From: Camelus ferus
Taxonomy: Eukaryota
Direction: 5' to 3'
Assembly (NCBI RefSeq): GCF_009834535.1
Contig: NC_045697.1
Span: 120,778,001-120,842,000 of the forward strand
DNA length: 64,000 nt
Below, one piece after another: positions 1 through 11,949 of the stretch. The first letter of the stretch is position 1. The number at the start of each line of letters is the position of its first letter. The translations under genes and the position numbers were made by a program. Below the pieces are notes generated by a model. It saw only the letters and a program-made list of their open reading frames with translations. It was not told where the DNA came from and did not search any database.

Positions 1-735
1 GCCTTGTAGGTGGATGAAAGTTCTGTAATCCACATGCACACAAATGAGTAATGAATGTTTGTCAAATCCGTGATGCATGTAGCGTGTTCAGAAAATGGAA
101 AGTCACTTTGAGGGAAACTAAATACAATTCTACTGGGTAGAACTCGCATGAAGAGGTTTTTCTGCGAAACTTCTGATTTTGAAACCTGAAGTTAGGAAAA
201 GCTGTGAAAGCAGAGTCAATATTTTTAGGTGTAAATATACCTTGAATGGTGTTTGAACGTTGCTAATCCACATGTCACAATTCATTAAAAAATGTTTGTC
301 AATCCGTGATGCACTTATCTATTCTGACACAGAATATCATGGTGAAAGCAACTTTGTAATTCATATTATTGGGTAGAACTCTCCTCCAAAGAAATATTTC
401 TCTGTGAAATTGCCATCATTTTCAAAACTGGCTAAGGAAAAGAGTTCAAAATCTGAGAAAATGTTTCTAAGGCATATGACTTTAATGTGGATGAAAGTAC
501 AGTAATCCACATGCTAAAATATTCTGTAGTGATATTTGTCGAAACTGTTATGCATGCAAACTTTCTCGGAACACAGAATTTGACGGTGAGCCACCCTATG
601 TAAATCAAATGTCTATTGTGTAGAACTCTCTGCAAGAGCATTTTTCGGTGAAAACTGCCTCATTTTCGAAACTGGCGTTAGGAAAAACTTTCAAAAAATG
701 AGAAAATGCTTGTAAGCGCCATTATGCCTTGTATG

Positions 736-3452
736 GTGGATGAAAGTACGGTAATCCACATGCTAACAACTCTGTAGTGAATATTTGTGGAATCCGAGAT
801 GCATGTAGCGTGTTCAGAACACGGAATTTCCTGGTGAGCGAATCTATGTAAATTACAAGTCCTTTGTTTAGAATTCGCTCCAAGAGCTTTTTGCTGCGAA
901 ATCTGCCGCATTTTCAAAACTGGCGTTTGGAAAACACTGTGAAATCAGAGAAAATGCTTCTAAGTGTCACTATGCCTTTTATTGTGTTGAAAGTTCGGTA
1001 ATCCACATGCAAACACATTTGTAGTGAATATTTGTCGAATCCGTTATGCATGTAGCGTGTTCGAAAGACGTAATTTCACAGCAATGGAATCTATGTAAAT
1101 TACATGTCTAGTGGGTAGAAATCGCTCCAACAGTTTTTTCCTTAGAAAAATGCCTAATTTTCAAAACTGCTATTAGGAAATTGCTGCGAACTCAGAGTTA
1201 ATGTTTCTAGGTGATAATATGTCTTGTGTGGTGGATGAAAGTTTGTAATGCACATGCTCGTAACACAGTAATGAATGCTTTCTGAATCTGTGATGCATGT
1301 AGCATGTTCAGAACATGGAATGTCACAGTGAGGGGAAAAATGTAAATTACATGTCTATTGGGTAGTACTCGCTCCAAGAGGATTTTTCTGCGAAAACTGC
1401 ATGATTTTAGAAACTGACGTAAGGAGAAATCTACTAAATAAGAATAAATGTTTCTATGTGTAAATACACATTGTATGGTGGGTGAAAGTTCGGTAATACA
1501 CATGTTCACCACTCAATAAAGAATGTTTGTCGAATCAGTGATGCATGTAGCGTGTTCGGAACATGAAATGTCACGGTGAGTGAAAGCATTTAAATTACAT
1601 GTCCACTTGGTAGAACTTGCTCCAAAAGCATTTTTCTGTGAAATCTGCCTCATTTTCCAAACTGGCATTAGGAAAAATATTCGAATTTTGAGAAAATGCT
1701 TCTAAGTGTCAATATGACTTGTATGGGGATGAAAGTTCAGAAATACACATGCTAACAAATCTGTAGTGAATATTTTCCGAAACCGTGATGCATGCAGTTT
1801 TTTCAGAACACAGAATTTGACGATGAGCGAATCTATGTAAATTACATGACTATTGGGTGGAACAAGTTTCAAGAGTATATTTCTTTGAAAACTGCCTGAT
1901 TTCAGAAACTGACGTTAGGAACAATCTGCATATACTTTGTACATGTTTCTAGCTGTATATATACATTTTATGGTAGATGAAAGTTCAGTAATCTACATGC
2001 TAACAACTCAGCAGTGAATATTTGTCGAACCTGCGGTGCAAGTAGCAAGTTTGAATCACGGAATGTCACGGCGAGGGACTCTATGTAAATTATAAGTCCA
2101 ATGTGTAGAACATGCTACCAGAGAATTATCCTGCAAAAGTTGCCTGATATTATAAACTGCAGTTAGGAAAATGCTGCAAAATTATAATAATATTTTCAAG
2201 GTGTTTATATGCATTTTACGGTGAATGAAAGTTCTGTAATTCACAGGCACACAACTGACTAATGAATGTTTGTCAAATCCGTGATGAATGCAGTGTGTTC
2301 AGACCACGGAAAGTCACTTTGTGGGAAACAATTGAAATTGCAATTCTAATGGGTAGAACTCACATGCAGAGATTTTTTCTGGGAAAACTTTATGATTTTC
2401 GAGACTGACGTTAGGAAAATCTGTGAAATCAGAGTAAATATTTCTAGGTGTATTTATGCCTTGTATGGTGGATGAAAGTTCTGTAATCCACATGCACACA
2501 AATGAGTAATGAATGTTTGTCAAATCCGTGATGCATGTAGCGTGTTCAGAAAATGGAAAGTCACTTTGAGGGAAACTAAATTACAATTCTACTGGGTAGA
2601 ACTCGCATGAAGAGGTTTTTTCTGCGAAAACTTCATGATTTTTGAAACTGAAGTTAGGAAAAAGCTGTGAAAGCAGAGTCAATATTTCTAGGTGTAAATA
2701 TACCTTGTATGGTGGTTGAAAGTTCAGAAATTCACATGATCACAACTCAGGAATGAATGATTTCTAAATCCAATATTCATGTAGCGTGTTATGAACACGG
2801 AATTTCATGGTAAGTGAAACATTGTAAATTTCATGTCTATTGGATAGAACCGATCGAAAGGAATTTTCCTGTGAAATCTGCCTGTTTTTTGCAACGGGCA
2901 TTAGGACAAATCTGCAAACGAGGAGAAACATTTCTAGGTGTAAATATGCCGTGTCTGGTGGATGAAAGTTTGGTAATCCACATGTTCACAACTCATTAAA
3001 AAATGTTTGTCAATCCGTGATGCACTTATCATATTCTGAACACAGAATATCATGGTGAAAGAAACTTTGTAAATTACATATTTATTGGGTAGAACTCACT
3101 CCAAAAGTATATTTCTGTGAAATCTGCCTCATTTTCAAAACTGGCATAAGGAAAAGAGTTCGAAATCTGAGAAAATGTTTCTAAGGCAAATATGACTTTA
3201 ATGGTGGATGAAAGTACAGTAATCCACATGCTAAAAAATTCTGTAGTGAATATTTGTCGAAACTGTTATGCATGCAACTTTCTCGGAACACAGAATTTGA
3301 CGGTGAGCGAACCTATGTAAATCAAATGTCTATTGTGTAGAACTCTCTGCAAGAGCATTTTTCGGTGAAAACTGCCTCATTTTCGAAACTGGCGTTAGGA
3401 AAAACTTTCAAAAAATGAGAAAATGCTTGTAAGCGCCATTATGCCTTGTATG
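736..3452 (+). repeat. HOR unit, 11-mer (A B C D E F/F' G' H' I' J' K'), 2717 bp
   Basis: A-anchor GTGGAT at 736 and 3453. Chimeric F/F' monomer switches type at ~2120-2124. Confidence 0.85.
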
Positions 3453-6400
3453 GTGGATGAAAGTACGGTAATCCACATGCTAACAACTCTGTAGTGAATA
3501 TTTGTGGAATCCGAGATGCATGTAGCGTGTTCAGAACACGGAATTTCCCGGTGAGCGAATCTATGTAAATTACAAGTCCTTTGTTTAGAATTCGCTCCAA
3601 GAGCTTTTTGCTGCGAAATCTGCCGCATTTTCAAAACTGGCGTTTGGAAAACACTGTGAAATCAGAGAAAATGCTTCTAAGTGTCACTATGCCTTTTATT
3701 GTGTTGAAAGTTCGGTAATCCACATGCAAACACATTTGTAGTGAATATTTGTCGAATCCGTTATGCATGTAGCGTGTTCGAAAGACGTAATTTCACAGCA
3801 ATGGAATCTATGTAAATTACATGTCTAGTGGGTAGAAATCGCTCCAACAGTTTTTTCCTTAGAAAAATGCCTAATTTTCAAAACTGCTATTAGGAAATTG
3901 CTGCGAACTCAGAGTTAATGTTTCTAGGTGATAATATGTCTTGTGTGGTGGATGAAAGTTTGTAATGCACATGCTCGTAACACAGTAATGAATGCTTTCT
4001 GAATCTGTGATGCATGTAGCATGTTCAGAACATGGAATGTCACAGTGAGGGGAAAAATGTAAATTACATGTCTATTGGGTAGTACTCGCTCCAAGAGGAT
4101 TTTTCTGCGAAAACTGCATGATTTTAGAAACTGACGTAAGGAGAAATCTACTAAATAAGAATAAATGTTTCTATGTGTAAATACACATTGTATGGTGGGT
4201 GAAAGTTCGGTAATACACATGTTCACCACTCAATAAAGAATGTTTGTCGAATCAGTGATGCATGTAGCGTGTTCGGAACATGAAATGTCACGGTGAGTGA
4301 AAGCATTTAAATTACATGTCCACTTGGTAGAACTTGCTCCAAAAGCATTTTTCTGTGAAATCTGCCTCATTTTCCAAACTGGCATTAGGAAAAAATTCGA
4401 ATTTTGAGAAAATGCTTCTAAGTGTCAATATGACTTGTATGGTGATGAAAGTTCAGAAATACACATGCTAACAAATCTGTAGTGAATATTTTCCGAAACC
4501 GTGATGCATGCAGTTTTTTCAGAACACAGAATTTGACGATGAGCGAATCTATGTAAATTACATGACTATTGGGTGGAACAAGTTCCAAGAGTATATTTCT
4601 TTGAAAACTGCCTGATTTCAGAAACTGACGTTAGGAAAAATCTGCATATACTTTGTACATGTTTCTAGCTGTATATATACATTTTATGGTAGATGAAAGT
4701 TCAGTAATCTACATGCTAACAACTCAGCAGTGAATATTTGTCGAACCTGCGGTGCAAGTAGCAAGTTTGAATCACGGAATGTCACGGCGAGGGACTCTAT
4801 GTAAATTATAAGTCCAATGTGTAGAACATGCTACCAGAGATTTATCCTGCTATAGTTGCCTGATTTTCTAAACTGCCATTAGGAAAAAGCTGCGAACTCA
4901 GAATAATGTTTTCTAGGTTTATATATGCCTTATATGGTGGATGAAAATTCTGTAATCTACATGCACACAACTGAGTAATGAATGTTTGTCAAAACTGTGA
5001 TGAATTTAGCATGTTCGGACCATGGAAAGTCACTTTGTGGGTAACTATTGAAATTACAATTCTACTGGGTCGAACTCGCTTGCAGAGATTACTTCTGCAT
5101 AAACATCATGATTTTCAAAACAGACGGTAGGAAAAAGTAGTGAAATCAGAGTAAATATTTCTAGGTGTATATATGACTTATATGGTGGATGAAAGTTCTG
5201 TCAACCACATGCACACAATGAGTAATTAACGTTGTCAAATCCGTGATGCAGTAGCATGTTCAGAAAACGGAAAGTCACTTTGAGGGAAACTGCTTAAATT
5301 ACAATTCCTCTGGATAGAACTCGCTTGAAGAGGTTTTTTCCTGAGAAAACTTCATGATTTAAAACCTGAAGTTAGGAAAAGCTGTGAAAGCAGAAGTAAA
5401 TATTTCTAGGTGTAAATATGCCTTGTTATGGTGGGATTAAATTTCGGAAATCCAACATGCTTCTCGCATCAGTATATGAATGTTTTATAAATCCAGTAAT
5501 GCATATAGCGTGTTCTGAACAAGGAATGGTAATTGTTAAGTGAAGCATTGTAAATTTCATGTCTGTCGGATACAAAACACTCGAGAGATTTCCTGTGAAA
5601 TCTGACTGTGTTTTGCAAACTGGCATTGGACAATCTGCAACACAGAGAAAAATTTCTAGGTGTAAATATGCCGTGTCTGTGGATGAAAGTTTGTTATCCA
5701 CATGTTCACGAACTCATTAAATTGTTTTTCAAAACCTGATGCATTTCATTTCTGAACACAGAATATCTGGTGAAAGAAACTTTGAAATACATATTTATTG
5801 GGTAGAACTCATCCAAAAGTAATATTTCCTGTGAATCTGCCTCTTTTCAAAACGGCATAAGGAAAATAGTTCGAAATCTGTGTGAAATGTTTCTAAGTAG
5901 AGGCAAAATGATTTTACTGGTGGATGAAATAAAGTAATCCACATGCTAACAACTCAGGCATTAATATTTTCAAACTAACGGTTCAGTAGCATGTTCATAA
6001 GCAACTGTAGGTCACGGCGAGGAGTTCGTAAATGTAAATTACATGTCCTATTGGTGTAGAAACAAGGTCTACAAGAGAATTATCCTGCAAAGTTGCCTGA
6101 TATTATAAACTGCAGTTAGGAAAATGCTGCAAAATTATAATAATATTTTCAAGGTTTTATATGCATTTTAAAGTGAATGAAAGTTCTGTAATTCACAGGC
6201 ACACAACTGACTAATGAATGTTTGTCAAATCCGTGATGAATGCAGTGTGTTCAGACCACGGAAAGTCACTTTGTGGGAAACAATTGAAATTGCAATTCTA
6301 ATGGGTAGAACTCACATGCAGAGATATTTTCTGGGAAAACTTTATGATTTTCGAGACTGACGTTAGGAAAAATCTGTGAAATCACAGTAAATATTTCTAG

Positions 6401-7257
6401 GTGTAATTATGCCTTGTATGGTGGATGAAAGTTCTGTAATCCACATGCACACAAATGAGTAATTAATGTTTGTCTAATCCGTGATGCATGTAGCGTGTTC
6501 AGAAAATGGAAAGTCACTTTGAGGGAAACTAAATTACAATTCTACTGGGTAGAACTCGCATGAAGAGGTTTTTTCTGCGAAAACTTCATGATTTTTGAAA
6601 CTGAAGTTAGGAAAAAGCTGTGAAAGCAGAGTCAATATTTCTAGGTGTAAATATACCTTGTATGGTTCAGAAATTCACATGAACAACTCAGTTGATGAAA
6701 TCCACATGTCAGACAACTCATGTAAAAAAAATTGTCTATTGATGAACAAAGGATCCGTGAAATTGAACGGATGACATCTTTTTAGGTATATTGTCTGTGG
6801 ATGAAAGTTGTATCCCATGCAAACATAAAAAGTTTCAATCGTGAATATCATGGTGAAAGAAACTTTGTAAATTACATATTATTGGGTAGAACTCACTCCA
6901 AAAGTATATTTCTGTGAAATCTGCCTCATTTTTCAAAACTGGCATAAGGAAAAGTGTTCGAAATCTGAGAAATATTTCTAAGGCAAATATGACTTTAATG
7001 GTGGATGAACGTACAGTAATCCACGATGCCTAAAAAATTCTGTAGTGAATATTTGTCGAAACTGTCTTATGCATGCAACTTTCTCCGCCGCGAACACAGA
7101 ATTTGACGGTGAGCGAACCTATGTAAATCAAATGTCTCTTGTGTAGAACTCTCTGCAAGAGCATTTTTCGGTGTGAAAACTGCCTCATTTTCGAAACTGG
7201 CTAGGAAAACTTTTCAAAAATGAGAAAATGCTTGTAGCGCCCATTATGCCTTGTATG
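3453..7257 (+). repeat. Irregular HOR unit, 3805 bp (non-integer, ~15.4 monomers), containing degraded sequence
   Basis: A-I, then indel-rich J'-like and F'-like monomers, G', H', a scrambled I'/J' segment at ~6661-6842, and K'. Confidence 0.7.
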
Positions 7258-10200
7258 GTGGATGAAAGTACGGTAATCCACATGCTAACAACTCTGTAGT
7301 GAATATTTGTGGAATCCGAGATGCATGTAGCGTGTTCAGAACACGGAATTTCCCGGTGAGCGAATCTATGTAAATTACAAGTCCTTTGTTTAGAATTCGC
7401 TCCAAGAGCTTTTTGCTGCGAAATCTGCCGCATTTTCAAAACTGGCGTTTGGAAAACACTGTGAAATCAGAGAAAATGCTTCTAAGTGTCACTATGCCTT
7501 TTATTGTGTTGAAAGTTCGGTAATCCACATGCAAACACATTTGTAGTGAATATTTGTCGAATCCGTTATGCATGTAGCGTGTTCGAAAGACGTAATTTCA
7601 CAGCAATGGAATCTATGTAAATTACATGTCTAGTGGGTAGAAATCGCTCCAACAGTTTTTTCCTTAGAAAAATGCCTAATTTTCAAAACTGCTATTAGGA
7701 AATTGCTGCGAACTCAGAGTTAATGTTTCTAGGTGATAATATGTCTTGTGTGGTGGATGAAAGTTTGTAATGCACATGCTCGTAACACAGTAATGAATGC
7801 TTTCTGAATCTGTGATGCATGTAGCATGTTCAGAACATGGAATGTCACAGTGAGGGGAAAAATGTAAATTACATGTCTATTGGGTAGTACTCGCTCCAAG
7901 AGGATTTTTCTGCGAAAACTGCATGATTTTAGAAACTGACGTAAGGAGAAATCTACTAAATAAGAATAAATGTTTCTATGTGTAAATACACATTGTATGG
8001 TGGGTGAAAGTTCGGTAATACACATGTTCACCACTCAATAAAGAATGTTTGTCGAATCAGTGATGCATGTAGCGTGTTCGGAACATGAAATGTCACGGTG
8101 AGTGAAAGCATTTAAATTACATGTCCACTTGGTAGAACTTGCTCCAAAAGCATTTTTCTGTGAAATCTGCCTCATTTTCCAAACTGGCATTAGGAAAAAA
8201 TTCGAATTTTGAGAAAATGCTTCTAAGTGTCAATATGACTTGTATGGTGATGAAAGTTCAGAAATACACATGCTAACAAATCTGTAGTGAATATTTTCCG
8301 AAACCGTGATGCATGCAGTTTTTTCAGAACACAGAATTTGACGATGAGCGAATCTATGTAAATTACATGACTATTGGGTGGAACAAGTTCCAAGAGTATA
8401 TTTCTTTGAAAACTGCCTGATTTCAGAAACTGACGTTAGGAAAAATCTGCATATACTTTGTACATGTTTCTAGCTGTATATATACATTTTATGGTAGATG
8501 AAAGTTCAGTAATCTACATGCTAACAACTCAGCAGTGAATATTTGTCGAACCTGCGGTGCAAGTAGCAAGTTTGAATCACGGAATGTCACGGCGAGGGAC
8601 TCTATGTAAATTATAAGTCCAATGTGTAGAACATGCTACCAGAGATTTATCCTGCTATAGTTGCCTGATTTTCTAAACTGCCATTAGGAAAAAGCTGCGA
8701 ACTCAGAATAATGTTTTCTAGGTTTATATATGCCTTATATGGTGGATGAAAATTCTGTAATCTACATGCACACAACTGAGTAATGAATGTTTGTCAAAAC
8801 TGTGATGAATTTAGCATGTTCGGACCATGGAAAGTCACTTTGTGGGTAACTATTGAAATTACAATTCTACTGGGTCGAACTCGCTTGCAGAGATTACTTC
8901 TGCATAAACATCATGATTTTCAAAACAGACGGTAGGAAAAAGTAGTGAAATCAGAGTAAATATTTCTAGGTGTATATATGACTTATATGGTGGATGAAAG
9001 TTCTGTCAACCACATGCACACAACTGAGTAATTAACGTTTGTCAAATCCGTGATGCATGTAGCATGTTCAGAAAACGGAAAGTCACTTTGAGGGAAACTG
9101 CTTAAATTACAATTCCTCTGGATAGAACTCGCTTGAAGAGGTTTTTTCCTGAGAAAACTTCATGATTTTAAAACCTGAAGTTAGGAAAAAGCTGTGAAAG
9201 CAGAGTAAATATTTCTAGGTGTAAATATGCCTTGTATGGTGGATTAAATTTCGGAAATCCACATGCTCTCGAATCAGTAATGAATGTTTTATAAATCCAG
9301 TATGCATATAGCGTGTTCTGAACAAGGAATGTCATGGTAAGTGAAACATTGTAAATTTCATGTCTGTCTGATAAAACACACTCGAAGAGAATTTTCCTGT
9401 GAAATCTGCCTGTTTTTTGCAACTGGCATTCGGACAAATCTGCAAACACAGAGAAAAATTTCTAGGGGCAAATATGCCGTGTTTGTTGGTTGAATGTTCG
9501 GTAATCAACACGTTCCCAACTCATTAATAAATGTTTGTCGAATCCGTGATCCATGTAACGTGTTCGGAACACAGGCTATCACGGTAATAGAAACCTTGCA
9601 AATTACACATGTATTAGGTAGAACTCGCTCCAAAAGCATTTATCTGCGAAATCTGCCTCATTTTCAAAACTGGCATTTGAAAAACACATCGAAATCTGAG
9701 AAAATGATTCTAAGTGTCAATATGAATTGTATGGTGGATGAAAGTTCAGTAATCCACATGCTAAAAAATTCTGTAGTGAATATTTGTCGAAACTGTTATG
9801 CATGCAGCTTTCTCGGAACACAGAATTTGACGGTGAGCGAACCTATGTAAATTAAATGTCTATTGTGTAGAACTCTCTGCAAGAGCATTTTTCGGTGAAA
9901 ACTGCCTCATTTTCGAAACTGGCGTTAGGAAAAATTTTCAAAAAATGAGAAAATGCTTGTAAGCGCCATTATGCCTTGTATGGTGTATAAAACTACGGTA
10001 ATCCACATGCTAACAACTCTGTATTGAATATTTGTGGAATCCGAGTTGCATGTAGCGTGTTCAGAACACGGAATTTCACGGTGAGCGAATCTATGTAAAT
10101 TACAAGTCTCTTGGCTAGAACTCGCCCCAAGAGATATTTGCTGCGAAATCTGCCGCATTTTCAAAACTGGCGTTTGGAAAACTCTGTGAAAACAGAGAAA

Positions 10201-11949
10201 ATGCTTCTAAGTATCAATATGCCTTTTATTATGCTGAAAGTTCGGTAATCCACATGCAAACACATTTGTAGTGGGTATATTTCGAATACGTTATGAATGT
10301 AGCGTGTTCGAAAGACGTAATTTCACAGCAATGGAATCTATGTACATTACATGCCTAGTAGGTAGAAATCGCTCCAACAGTTTTTTCCTTAGAAAAATGC
10401 CTAATTTACAAAACTGCTATTAGGAATTTCCTGCGAACTCAGAGTCAATGTTTCTAGGTGCTAATATGTCTTGTGTGGTGGATGAAAGTTTGTAATGCAC
10501 ATGCTTACACTCAATAAAGAATGTTGTAGAATCTGTGATGCATGTAATGTATTCGGAACACGGAATGTCATGGTAACTGAAACTATGTTAATTGTAAGTC
10601 TATTGGATAGAACTCACTCCAAGAGGATTTTTCTGTGAAAACTGTCTTATTTTCGAAACTGGCATTAAGAAATATCTGCAAATAGTGAGTACATGCTTCT
10701 AGCTGTATATATACATTGTATGGTAGATGAAAGTACATTAATCCACATGCTAACAACTCAGCAGTTAATATTTGTCAAACTACGGTGCATGTAGCATGTT
10801 CGGAGCACGGTATGTCACGGCGAGGAGTTCTATGTAAATTACATGTCTATTGTGTAGAACAATCTACAAGAGAATTATCCTGCAAAAGTTGCCTGATATT
10901 ATAAACTGCAGTTAGGAAAATGCTGCAAAATTATAATAATATTTTCAAGGTGTTTATATGCATTTTACGGTGAATGAAAGTTCTGTAATTCACAGGCACA
11001 CAACTGACTAATGAATGTTTGTCAAATCCGTGATGAATGCAGTGTGTTCAGACCACGGAAAGTCACTTTGTGGGAAACAATTGAAATTCTAATGGTTAGA
11101 AATCACTTGCAGAGATTTTTCTGGGAAAACTTTATGATTTTCGAGACTGACGTTAGGAAAAATCTGTGAAATCAGAGTAAATATTTCTAGGTGTATTTAT
11201 GCCTTGTATGGTGGATGAAAGTTCTGTAATCCACATGCACACAAATGAGTAATGAATGTTTGTCAAATCCGTGATGCATGTAGCGTGTTCAGAAAATGGA
11301 AAGTCACTTTGAGGGAAACTAAATTAGAATTCTACTGGGTAGAACTCGCATGAAGAGGTTTTTTCTGCGAAAACTTCATGATTTTTGAAACTGAAGTTAG
11401 GAAAAAGCTGTGAAAGCAGAGTCAATATTTCTAGGTGTAAATATACCTTGTATGGTGGTTGAAAGTTTGGTAATCCACATGTTCACAACTCATTAAAAAA
11501 TGTTTGTCAATCCGTGATGCCCTTATCATATTCTGAACACAGAATATCATGGTGAAAGAAACTTTGTAAATTACATATTTATTGGGTAGAACTCACTCCA
11601 AAAGTATATTTCTGTGAAATCAGCCTCATTTTCAAAACTGGCATAAGGAAAAAAGTTCGAAATCTGAGAAAATGTTTCTAAGGCAAATATGACTTTAATG
11701 GTGGATGAAAGTACAGTAATCCACATGCTAAAAAATTCTGTAGTGAATATTTGTCGAAACTCTTATGCATGCAACTTTCTCGGAACACAGAATTTGACGG
11801 TGAGCCAACCTATGTAAATCAAATGTCTATTGTGTAGAACTCTCTGCAAGAGCATTTTTCGGTGAAAACTGCCTCATTTTCGAAACTGGCGTTAGGAAAA
11901 ACTTTCAAAAAATGAGAAAATGCTTGTAAGCGCCATTATGCCTTGTATG
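7258..11949 (+). repeat. HOR unit, 19-mer (A-K, A' B' C' F' G' H' J' K'), 4692 bp
   Basis: A-anchors at 7258 and 11950; 19x247 = 4693. Confidence 0.9.

Noticed and set aside
1..520. Divergent monomers at the window start as a separate subfamily
   Set aside because: They are H', J' and K' copies differing mostly by homopolymer and 1-2 bp indels, typical of consensus error.
10551..10570. CENP-B-box-like TTCG-N4-A motif (ATTCGGAACACGGAAT and similar)
   Set aside because: It lacks the correctly spaced CGGG of the nTTCGnnnnAnnCGGGn consensus. I saw no canonical box by eye.
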